64,000 nucleotides of DNA from a bacterium. GTDB taxonomy: Bacteria > Patescibacteriota > Minisyncoccia > Minisyncoccales > DG-74-3. Within the stretch, counting starts at the first letter, position 1; every line of letters begins with the position of its first letter. Positions 10,007-18,155 of the stretch are shown here, piece by piece. The stretch spans positions 1,418 through 65,417 of the forward strand of contig JAUVYE010000001.1 in assembly GCA_030603245.1 (NCBI GenBank), in the 5' to 3' direction. The notes beneath the pieces are model-generated. The model made no database searches. It saw only the letters and a list, made by a program, of their open reading frames with translations, and was not told the DNA's origin. The position numbers and the translations under genes are program-made.

Positions 10007-10638
10007 TTATTTTTCCCTCTAAAATACCATTTAGGTCTGGCTCCTTTTAGAACTGGGATAAAGTGGGGCCATTGCTTAATAAAAATAGGTGTGGCTATTA
10101 AAACGCAAAGTAAAAAATATTCTGGAACTAAAAAATAACCGATTAAAGGCAAGAAAATATTTCCCATAAATTGACCGAAAAAAAACGTCTGAGTAGCTAA
10201 AACAAACAAAAGACAACTCAAAGCCCAGGGCAAAAATAACCACTTAAAGTTTAGGGTCATCAAAACTCCGGCTAAACATGCTTGGGCTTTGCCGCCAGAA
10301 AACTTATTGTCTTTAATCTTAAAATAAAGAGAAAAACAATGACCTAAAACTACTCCAAAACCAGCTAAGCTAATTGCCCAAACAAGATTATAATTTAAAC
10401 AAGTAAATTTTTGAGGAATTAAAACAGACAAAGCTCCTTTTCCTGTATCTACAAAAACAGTTAAAAGAAATAATAAAGGTTTTCCTGTTATTCGCATCAC
10501 ATTCATTGCTCCTACATTTTTAGATTCTTGCTTTCTAACATCTTTATTAACAGATTCTTTAACAATCAAATAAGCTGTGGGAAAAGAACCCAAAACATAG
10601 GCAAGGATAAAAAATAAAATTAAATAAATATTGAACAT
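10003..10638 (-). CDS. Second, divergent PlsY-family membrane protein
   Basis: LGSFPTAYLIVK N-terminal motif and a (S)KNVGAMNVMRITGK region resembling the PlsY GSGNxGATNxxR motif. 211-aa polytopic protein. Confidence 0.5.
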   Translation of the reverse strand: MFNIYLILFFILAYVLGSFPTAYLIVKESVNKDVRKQESKNVGAMNVMRITGKPLLFLLTVFVDTGKGALSVLIPQKFTCLNYNLVWAISLAGFGVVLGHCFSLYFKIKDNKFSGGKAQACLAGVLMTLNFKWLFLPWALSCLLFVLATQTFFFGQFMGNIFLPLIGYFLVPEYFLLCVLIATPIFIKQWPHFIPVLKGARPKWYFRGKNK

Positions 10639-10643
10639 ATTTT

Positions 10644-12317
10644 TTAGTGGTTATTAATAACGGTCCAGGAAACAATTAAACTCCCAGAATCCATGTCCAA
10701 AGAGCTGGAATTGGTAAAAGAAACTTCGGCCTGAATCTCTTTAAGTTTATTTTTCAATTTCTTTGCTTCTTCTAAATTCTCACAATGAGTAATAACTATT
10801 CTGATTTTTCTGCCCTGTTTTCGATACTTTCTGCTTCTTAGTTTTATTTCCCTGAATATTGCGTTTGAAACATCTTTTGTCATTAGGTGAATTCCATTCT
10901 TAATTATTTTTCCTCTCTTAATGCCGAACAATGGTTGAGCTCCAATTCTTTGTAATCTTTTTGCCCACCTAACTTGAGAGTATGAAATTTTGCTTATTTT
11001 TTTTATTTTCTCAAGTTTGGACAAAAACAAATAAGTATGAATATGAGAAATTGTTTTGTTTAATTCTTTAATAACCTCTTGGATTTCTCTTTGTTCTTTA
11101 ATCAGTTCAATTGCTCTTAAAATTAAAAGGGCTTGGCCAGAACTAATATTAAAAGAGTTTAAAACATAAATTTTTGAAGGATCTTCTAATTTTGACCTTA
11201 CTTCCATGGCTTGATTATAGTCTGAAGAATCAGTAATGATTAAAACTTTTTTAAAGCTTTTGAGTTGTTCTTTATAAACTTCAAGAAAATTTTGAGACCT
11301 AACTATCTTAATTTTGTATCTTTCAATAATTTTTGCTGTTAAATCAGCTGTTTGATCAGTAATAATGCCAATAGAAACATCTTTTAATGAATCTTCCCCA
11401 ACTGCTTCTTTGGCCATATCTTCAATCCTCATATTTTCAATTCGACCAGCCTGTCTTATAAATTCTTTAACCTCGTCTATTAAATCAGTGTGAATATGAA
11501 TTTTCATTTTATTTTTAACCGTAACTATGTCTAAAGAATTGCCCAATTTTGACAATTTATCTTTAATCTCTTTTTCGCTAAATTTTGGATTCTTAATCAA
11601 AGCCACAATTTCATAACGGTTAGAAATAGTTTGAATAAACCTTTTTGCTTTTTCTGATGGTTTTTCTTTCCCCAACTCACGGATCGTTTTTATGTCTTTC
11701 TCTCCCTCAACTTCCAAAACTTCTAGAAAACTTTCAAGAATGATTAAAAAACCAAGGCCTCCAGCATCAACCACATTTGCTTTTTTCAAAATCTCCAGTT
11801 TTTCCTGAGTTTCTAACAATGCTTGATGAGCTTCTCCAGCTGCTTTTTCAAGAATAACAGCAATGTCTTTTTCGTTCTCAACCTGTTTTTCAAGACTTTG
11901 AGCAGTAGCTTTCATTACATCTAAAATAGTTCCCTCTTTTGGATTTTGAATGCTTTTCTCAGCCCTTTCAAACCCTTGCTTAAAAGCTTGGGTTAATTTA
12001 TGGGCATTAATTGATTTTTCGTTTCCAAAAACAGGCAAAAATCCAGCTAAAAAGCCGGTATAAATTATACCAGCGTTTCCTTGGGCTGCGATCATGGCTC
12101 CATCTAAAATAGCTTCTGAAATTTCGCCCAAATTATTAAAATCCCTGTTTTCAATTTGTTGTTTTATTCCTAATAAGGTATAAGCCAGGTTGGTTCCTGT
12201 ATCTTGGTCTGGCACTGGGAAAACATTAATCTTATTAATTTCTTGTTTTTCTTTCTCAACCCTTTCCCAGGAAAAAAGCATCATCTTTTTCAATTCCCTT
12301 TGAGTCAAATAATCCAT
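10644..12317 (-). CDS. DAK2-domain fatty acid kinase FakA / YloV-like protein
   Basis: Dak2 motif VFPVPDQDTGTN near the N-terminus and ~557-aa length, typical of the FakA/YloV family. Confidence 0.7.
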   Translation of the reverse strand: MDYLTQRELKKMMLFSWERVEKEKQEINKINVFPVPDQDTGTNLAYTLLGIKQQIENRDFNNLGEISEAILDGAMIAAQGNAGIIYTGFLAGFLPVFGNEKSINAHKLTQAFKQGFERAEKSIQNPKEGTILDVMKATAQSLEKQVENEKDIAVILEKAAGEAHQALLETQEKLEILKKANVVDAGGLGFLIILESFLEVLEVEGEKDIKTIRELGKEKPSEKAKRFIQTISNRYEIVALIKNPKFSEKEIKDKLSKLGNSLDIVTVKNKMKIHIHTDLIDEVKEFIRQAGRIENMRIEDMAKEAVGEDSLKDVSIGIITDQTADLTAKIIERYKIKIVRSQNFLEVYKEQLKSFKKVLIITDSSDYNQAMEVRSKLEDPSKIYVLNSFNISSGQALLILRAIELIKEQREIQEVIKELNKTISHIHTYLFLSKLEKIKKISKISYSQVRWAKRLQRIGAQPLFGIKRGKIIKNGIHLMTKDVSNAIFREIKLRSRKYRKQGRKIRIVITHCENLEEAKKLKNKLKEIQAEVSFTNSSSLDMDSGSLIVSWTVINNH

Positions 12318-12325
12318 ACAATGGT

Positions 12326-12979
12326 TTAGCGAATTTTTTCCTCAAACTCTTTTAAGATTTTAGCTGCTATGTCTTTACCCCCCAAACCAAAAGCAACACC
12401 AACAGCTATTACTATAGCGCCCACAAAACCAACAAAAATAGTTAAGATCAATGTAGGAGCTATCTGAAGCTGGTAAAGAATAGCTAAGGTAGCTAGGCTC
12501 CAAATTATCCAACGAATTATTCTTCCTAAAAACCGGGAGTAAGTTATTTTTTCTTCCTCTAAAACAGCAAACATAATCTTTTGAGAAAAATCAGCCAGAA
12601 AAACAGCAATAATAAAAATTAAACAAGCAACAAAAATATTAGGGAAATAACTGATTGTCTCACCTAAAAGCTGACTAAATTGAGGAAGCCCAATAATCTC
12701 AACTGAAGTCATTAAAAAGAGAATGACAAAAAAGCATCTAACTATATTTCCAAAAAACTGCACAGCATTAAAACGAATATCTGTCTCAAATAAACTTTCT
12801 TCAAAATTCAATCTTTTCAAAGCCTGATTCAAACGGATTTTGTCTAAGAATCGAACAACAATATTACCAGCCCACTTAGAAACTAAAAGACCAGTCAGAA
12901 AAACTAAGATTGCCCATAAAAGCTGGGGGAGATTTTCAACAAAGCTTTCTAAAAATAAGTTTAAAAAATCTTGTGCCAT
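12326..12979 (-). CDS. Hypothetical polytopic membrane protein (possible conserved-TM-helix / MscS-related)
   Basis: Several predicted TM helices and no recognisable catalytic motif. Confidence 0.3.
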   Translation of the reverse strand: MAQDFLNLFLESFVENLPQLLWAILVFLTGLLVSKWAGNIVVRFLDKIRLNQALKRLNFEESLFETDIRFNAVQFFGNIVRCFFVILFLMTSVEIIGLPQFSQLLGETISYFPNIFVACLIFIIAVFLADFSQKIMFAVLEEEKITYSRFLGRIIRWIIWSLATLAILYQLQIAPTLILTIFVGFVGAIVIAVGVAFGLGGKDIAAKILKEFEEKIR

Positions 12980-12994
12980 ATTTATTATTTTACC

Positions 12995-13552
12995 CTACCA
13001 TTTATTCTTAGACAAGCCCATTCTAAATCCTATTTGAGTAGCAGCAATGTGCAATACAAAAGTTAAAACTAAAAGCATTGTCCAAACTTTAAAATCAATT
13101 TTAATCTCAGAAAAAAGATTTAAGAAAAAACCTGCTCCAATCACATAATTAATCTGATCAAAAGGCATAAATTTTGCTCCTGGTTTTAAGTCTAAGCGTC
13201 TTTTAATAAAAGCAAAGAACAAGTCCCCAAAAACTGCGCCAAAAACCATTAAAAGGCCAAAATACAGGCCTATTTCTTGATAATTTAAAAGACTGATTTC
13301 TCTGGTTGAAACACAATTATTAAAAAGCCATTTTTGAAGAAAAAGAATTAAAATGCCAGCAATTGGACCCAAAATAAGACCACGCCAAGTTTTATGATTA
13401 CCCAATAAAGGACGCCCCTTAAACTCTTTTCCATTATCAATTGGTCGGTCAAAACAATTAAAAACCCTTAACGACGCGGTTAAAGAGGGGATCATATTAG
13501 TAAAGTAAGCTGGGAGAAAAAAATAAAAACAAGATAGGATAAATTTAAACAT
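12995..13552 (-). CDS. CDP-archaeol synthase (CarS)-like / CdsA-like CTP:lipid cytidylyltransferase, short form
   Basis: 185-aa polytopic protein with GNHKTWRGL and GDLFFAFIKRRL motifs resembling the K-x-W-x-G and GDL..S..KR signatures of CdsA/CarS cytidylyltransferases. Its length fits CarS rather than the ~270-aa bacterial CdsA. Confidence 0.5.
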   Translation of the reverse strand: MFKFILSCFYFFLPAYFTNMIPSLTASLRVFNCFDRPIDNGKEFKGRPLLGNHKTWRGLILGPIAGILILFLQKWLFNNCVSTREISLLNYQEIGLYFGLLMVFGAVFGDLFFAFIKRRLDLKPGAKFMPFDQINYVIGAGFFLNLFSEIKIDFKVWTMLLVLTFVLHIAATQIGFRMGLSKNKW

Positions 13553-13596
13553 AAAATTTCTTGAAATTAATATTTTCTAAAGGTAAAATAAAAAAG

Positions 13597-14277
13597 ATGA
13601 AAGCAGACTTACACGTTCATACTTGCTATTCTTACGATAGTATATCTTTGCCGCAAGAGATAGTCAAAGCTGCTCTTAAAAATGGTTTAAACTGCATTGC
13701 TATTTGTGATCATGGAGAAATAAAAGGTGCTCTTGAGGCCATTAAATTTGCTTTTAACAAACCAATTTTAATTATTCCTGGGATTGAAATAAGAAGTAAA
13801 CAGGGAGATATTTTGGGCTTGAATATTAGAAAAATAATTCCTAATGGGCTTTCAGTAAAGCAAACAATTAAACAAATTAAAAAAGCAGGAGGCTTTGTTG
13901 TTATTCCTCATCCTTTTGGATTTAATTGCTCTTTTAAAGGAATATTGGAAGATTTTATTGACTCAATCGATGCAGTAGAAGTTTTAAATACTAATATTTT
14001 TAAAAAAGACAATCAAAAAGCTTTAAAGTTTGCTAAAAAACATAATTTAGCCTTTATAGCTAGTTCTGATGCCCATAGTCCAGAATTTGTAGGTAGGGGA
14101 TATCTTGAAATTCCAGGTGACCAACTTTCTGTCCAACAAATTTTTCAACAAATTAAAAATAAAAATGTTAGAATCATTGGTCGAGAAACTAATATTTTTG
14201 AAAAGGGAATTGCTTTTTTAAAAAGAAATTTATGTAAAATTGAATATTATGTTAGCAGAAAAAAGAAAAAGCTTTAA
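13597..14277 (+). CDS. PHP-domain metal-dependent phosphoesterase (ORF may start at 13561)
   Basis: MKADLHVHTCYSYDS N-terminal His motif plus downstream His/Asp positions typical of the PHP family. Confidence 0.65.
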   Translation: MKADLHVHTCYSYDSISLPQEIVKAALKNGLNCIAICDHGEIKGALEAIKFAFNKPILIIPGIEIRSKQGDILGLNIRKIIPNGLSVKQTIKQIKKAGGFVVIPHPFGFNCSFKGILEDFIDSIDAVEVLNTNIFKKDNQKALKFAKKHNLAFIASSDAHSPEFVGRGYLEIPGDQLSVQQIFQQIKNKNVRIIGRETNIFEKGIAFLKRNLCKIEYYVSRKKKKL

Positions 14278-14848
14278 AAAGCTTGAAAACATGGTTGGGA
14301 AATTCTTTTCTAAGTTCTTAAATCCTAATCAGTATTCTTATTTGGCAATCTTAATGGCTTTATTGTGTCTTAGGTTTTTAATAAAAAACAATTTAAAGAT
14401 TGCTTTGATTTTTCTATTCACAGCTTCTTTTTTAGATTTTATAGATGGAGCAGTGGCCAGAAAAACCAATACTGCTTCTAAAAAAGGAGCTTATTTAGAC
14501 ACAATTTTAGATCGCTATGTTGAGGGAATGGTTTTGCTTGGATTTTTGTTTTTACCTTTGCCCAAAATATTTTTACCTGCCCATGTTTGGATATATCTGG
14601 CTTTATTTGGTTCTTTAATGACAACTTATGCTAAAGCTGCTGGAAAAGAAAAGGGAATACTACAAACAGAATTAAAAAAAGGAGTGATTGGTAGGGGAGA
14701 AAGAATGATTTTAGAGTTTTTAGCTATATTTTTAGGAATATTTAATCTCCAGTGGACATTGTATTTAATTATTGTCCTATCTGTCCTATCTAATCTGACT
14801 GCTGTCCAAAGAATTTGTCTTATTCTGCATACCAAGCAACAGCCATAG
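14240..14848 (+). CDS. CDP-alcohol phosphatidyltransferase family protein (polar head-group transferase)
   Basis: Perfect signature D-x2-D-G-x2-A-R-x8-G-x3-D-x3-D in DFIDGAVARKTNTASKKGAYLDTILD. Membrane protein. Confidence 0.8.
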   Translation: MNIMLAEKRKSFKKLENMVGKFFSKFLNPNQYSYLAILMALLCLRFLIKNNLKIALIFLFTASFLDFIDGAVARKTNTASKKGAYLDTILDRYVEGMVLLGFLFLPLPKIFLPAHVWIYLALFGSLMTTYAKAAGKEKGILQTELKKGVIGRGERMILEFLAIFLGIFNLQWTLYLIIVLSVLSNLTAVQRICLILHTKQQP

Positions 14849-15701
14849 ATCCGGGCCCAACAATGCTTCCTATTATCTCATCAAGTAGATTTGCTGCAAC
14901 TATTTCTGTATTTTCCATATCTTTTTGAATCAAGTCTTGTAGTTTTTGACAAGCTTCAGGTGCTAAAGCATGAGAAATAAATATTTGAATTCTTTTACCC
15001 TCTTTTCTGTATTTTCTTGATTTTGACTCTATTTCCTTAAAAAGCGCTTCAGCTACATCTTTTACTCCTATTTTAATGCTTATTGGTTTAAGCACTCCTT
15101 TTTTCATGCCTAACAAGGGCCTTAACCCAATATTAGACATTTTACGAATCCAATTAGCTATAATTGAAGATATTCTGCCTGATGCTTCTAACCATTTAGG
15201 ATCTTTAAGCGCAACATAAAGAAAAGTTTTTGGAATAAGTTGTTCAAGTTCTTTTACAATTTCTTCTATTGGCTTATCTTGATTCACAAGATCAATTGCT
15301 TTTAAAACAATCAACCCCTCTCCAGCAGCAGCACTAAGCGTATCAACAATGAAAACTTTATTCTCTTGTTCTTCTGGTAAAAAACTTTTTGCCTGAATAG
15401 CTGAATTATATGTTCCTGACAGTTTTGAGGTAACAGTAATACAAATAAGCTTTTCGAATTTTTCTAATTGTTTCTTATAAAGATCCAAGTAAGCTTTTGG
15501 AGATGGTTGAGAGGTTTTACAGAAAACCTTTATTCCTCTCTTATCTGCTTCTTTCATTCTGTGAAAAACAGTCTCGCCTGGCAGACCTTCTATTTCTGGG
15601 GGCCATTCTACCTTAAGAGGAACCACTGCTATTTGATGTTTTTCTATAATATCTGGAGTTAAATCAGCCCCTTCGTCAATAACTAAACCAATTTTATTCA
15701 T
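14820..15701 (-). CDS. DegV-family fatty-acid-binding protein (FakB-like)
   Basis: DegV fold signature: N-terminal IGLVIDEGADL... and ~290 aa. Confidence 0.8.
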   Translation of the reverse strand: MNKIGLVIDEGADLTPDIIEKHQIAVVPLKVEWPPEIEGLPGETVFHRMKEADKRGIKVFCKTSQPSPKAYLDLYKKQLEKFEKLICITVTSKLSGTYNSAIQAKSFLPEEQENKVFIVDTLSAAAGEGLIVLKAIDLVNQDKPIEEIVKELEQLIPKTFLYVALKDPKWLEASGRISSIIANWIRKMSNIGLRPLLGMKKGVLKPISIKIGVKDVAEALFKEIESKSRKYRKEGKRIQIFISHALAPEACQKLQDLIQKDMENTEIVAANLLDEIIGSIVGPGSMAVAWYAE

Positions 15702-15731
15702 AGTTTTTTAATTATTAATTATTATTTATTG

Positions 15732-15803
15732 TGGACCCGAGGGGAGTTGAACCCCTGACCCCTGCAATGCGAGTGCAGTGCTCTGCCACTGAGCTACAGG
15801 CCC
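15732..15803 (-). tRNA. tRNA-Ala (anticodon CGC)
   Basis: 72-nt cloverleaf on the minus strand with a G3:U70 pair in the acceptor stem (the Ala identity element) and anticodon loop CTCGCAT. No CCA is encoded. Confidence 0.8.
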
Positions 15804-15805
15804 TG

Positions 15806-17254
15806 CTACTTTACCCAGTATTTGTCTTTAGTCATTTTATCCTGTTTCATTTCAACATTTTCAACCTCTTTTTTAGCTTTTTGGGCAACAAGTTTTAATT
15901 CTTTTTCCGACAATTTACCTAACTTTTTAATTTCTTTTTCTAAAAATTCTTTTTTATTCTTGTTTGGCTCTTCTAGGACATAACCTAATAAGACATTCAA
16001 AATTTGTCCTATTTGAGGTCCTGGTTTAATATTCAGGATTTTCATTATATCATTACCTGAAACTTTTAACATTTTGACTGAAATTGGATCTTGAGACACT
16101 TTTTCAATAACATACTCTAAATGTCTTAATTTATATGGTTTGGCCTTGGGACAACCAGAACCAATACGATCAGCCATTCTTAATTGAATCAACTCCTCTA
16201 TATTTTCTAAACCAACATTTCTTACTAATTTCCTAACTGAACTTTGTCCTACCTCATCTGGATGATAATAAAAAAGATGATATCTTACTAATTTAGTAAT
16301 TTTTTTAATATCTTTTTCAGAGAATTTTAAACGTTTTAAAATCTGCTTTGTCATTTTTGCGCCCTCTATTTCATGGGAATAAAAAGTAGCTTCCAATCCT
16401 TTACCTCTTTTTGTTTTGGGCTTTCCAATATCATGAAATAAAGCAGCTAATCTAACATATTTGTTAAAGTTTTTTTGGGCTGCATATTCTAAAGAACGCA
16501 AATAATGATCATAACAATCATAAATATGATGTTTATTCTGAGCTATGTTATAGCCCTGCTCTAATTCAGGAACAATATATTTTAAAAGATTAAGCTTTCT
16601 TAAAAGCTCAATACCTTTGGCTGCGCTTTCAGACATAATGATTTTTAAAAACTCATCTCTTATCCTTTCTTGAGAAATGTGTTTAAGTAAAGCAGAATTC
16701 TTTTTGATTGCTTGACCTGTTTTTTCTTCAATTTTAAAGTTTAAACTGGTAGCAAATCTTACTGCTCTTATCATTCTTAAAGCGTCTTCTGAAAATCTTT
16801 TTTCTGGATTACCAACCGCTCTAATTGTTTGCTTTTTTAAATCTTTTTGGCCCTCAAAAGGATCAATAACCTTTAATTCACTATCCATTGCCATGGCATT
16901 AATAGTAAAATCTCTTCGAGCTAAATCTTGTTTAAGACTCTGAGCAAACTTAACTATATCAGGATGGCGTTTGTCACTATATTTTGCTTCAGAACGATAA
17001 GTGGTAATTTCAATTTCTTTTAATTTAGGATTCTTACTTTTGGTCTGGACAGTAACGGTTAAAAACTTATTTTCGCAGAAACTTTGTGGGAATATTTTTT
17101 GAATCTTTTTTGGCTTAGCATCAGTAGTAACATCCCAATCATTTGGTTCTTTTTCTATTAAAAAATCCCGAACACAGCCCCCAACAATATAAGCTTCAAA
17201 CCCAGCTTTTTTTAGTTTAGAAACAATAGATTGTACTTGTTTGGGAATTAACAT
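15806..17254 (-). CDS. cca: CCA-adding enzyme / tRNA nucleotidyltransferase with HD domain
   Basis: N-terminal polymerase-beta-type nucleotidyltransferase motif GGCVRDFLI...DWDV and a downstream HD-domain His/Asp pattern. Confidence 0.8.
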   Translation of the reverse strand: MLIPKQVQSIVSKLKKAGFEAYIVGGCVRDFLIEKEPNDWDVTTDAKPKKIQKIFPQSFCENKFLTVTVQTKSKNPKLKEIEITTYRSEAKYSDKRHPDIVKFAQSLKQDLARRDFTINAMAMDSELKVIDPFEGQKDLKKQTIRAVGNPEKRFSEDALRMIRAVRFATSLNFKIEEKTGQAIKKNSALLKHISQERIRDEFLKIIMSESAAKGIELLRKLNLLKYIVPELEQGYNIAQNKHHIYDCYDHYLRSLEYAAQKNFNKYVRLAALFHDIGKPKTKRGKGLEATFYSHEIEGAKMTKQILKRLKFSEKDIKKITKLVRYHLFYYHPDEVGQSSVRKLVRNVGLENIEELIQLRMADRIGSGCPKAKPYKLRHLEYVIEKVSQDPISVKMLKVSGNDIMKILNIKPGPQIGQILNVLLGYVLEEPNKNKKEFLEKEIKKLGKLSEKELKLVAQKAKKEVENVEMKQDKMTKDKYWVK

Positions 17255-17255
17255 A

Positions 17256-17326
17256 CCCCGTAGTAGAATTTTGACAAATTATTATTTATTGCGTTGCCCC
17301 GCAACAGTCAAAATTTCACTACGGGG
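17256..17326. repeat. Long near-perfect inverted repeat (20-bp arms, 31-nt spacer containing a nested GC hairpin) abutting the cca start codon
   Basis: Arm CCCCGTAGTAGAATTTTGAC pairs with GTCAAAATTTCACTACGGGG (one dinucleotide swap). The spacer contains GTTGCCCCGCAAC. The element ends 2 nt from the minus-strand AUG of cca. Confidence 0.5.
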
Positions 17327-17349
17327 CATAATTTTATTCTAACTCCAAA

Positions 17350-17365
17350 CCTTGCTTTTTTCAAT
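17350..17365. promoter_or_regulatory. Copy 1 of the repeated 16-mer CCTTGCTTTTTTCAAT (on minus strand TTGAAA -35-like, 17-nt spacer, TAGAAT -10-like)
   Basis: An identical 16-mer occurs again at 18961-18976. Both copies lie upstream of minus-strand transcription units. Confidence 0.35.
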
Positions 17366-17439
17366 TATTTCAATTTATTTATTAATAAAAAAATAGGTCG
17401 AATATTGTTTGTTATTTCGACCTTATTTTGGATGGAGCT

Positions 17440-18150
17440 TTAGATTTTCTTTTCCTCTATCCTTAACCCAGTCTCAAATGGAAGCATTGGTTTCTTTTCA
17501 GCAAGAATGGCAAACTTTTTTGGCAGCTTTGAGATATCCTCTACTCTTAAATATTTACCACCAGTAATTTTAGCAATTTCTTTAAGTAGATCTTCATCGA
17601 AGCTCTCACTCCCTTCACCTATCCCAATAGTATCGACAATCACGCCAAATTTTTTAAGAAGCTGGGCTTCTTCAAGGCTTCTTCCTGGATCACCCGGACC
17701 GTTGGCACAGCCATCAGAGAGAAGAATAATTCGAGGTTGCTTTCTCGCTTTTCTGCTATGGCTAAGAATTTCTCTAGACAGGGAGAGAGCATGACCCATT
17801 GCTGTTGCACCACTGATTTCAAGCTCTGAAACTTCTTTCTTGATTGAATTTTGATTATTGGTGAGATCGAAGAGTTTGCGGGCAGGATCATCAAAGACCA
17901 CTATTGCTGTTTGATCACGGATATCAATTCCAATTTTAGCCAAAACAAACTTTAGGATTGCTTTCTTGAGAGTTTTTATCTTCTCTCCTGTCATGCTACT
18001 TGAAATGTCGAGGCAAAGTACTACATCTTCTACTCTTTCCTGTAATCTATCGATAACATCTAGGCTTCGGGTTCTTAATCCTGCTAAGATTTCTCTTTGT
18101 TGAACTTTGACTATTGCTTTGCTCTTTTTTCTTTTCACTATCGCCCTCAT
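17440..18150 (-). CDS. von Willebrand factor type A (vWA) domain protein
   Basis: MIDAS motif DISSSMTG plus downstream vWA-fold features. Confidence 0.75.
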   Translation of the reverse strand: MRAIVKRKKSKAIVKVQQREILAGLRTRSLDVIDRLQERVEDVVLCLDISSSMTGEKIKTLKKAILKFVLAKIGIDIRDQTAIVVFDDPARKLFDLTNNQNSIKKEVSELEISGATAMGHALSLSREILSHSRKARKQPRIILLSDGCANGPGDPGRSLEEAQLLKKFGVIVDTIGIGEGSESFDEDLLKEIAKITGGKYLRVEDISKLPKKFAILAEKKPMLPFETGLRIEEKKI

Positions 18151-18155
18151 TGAAA

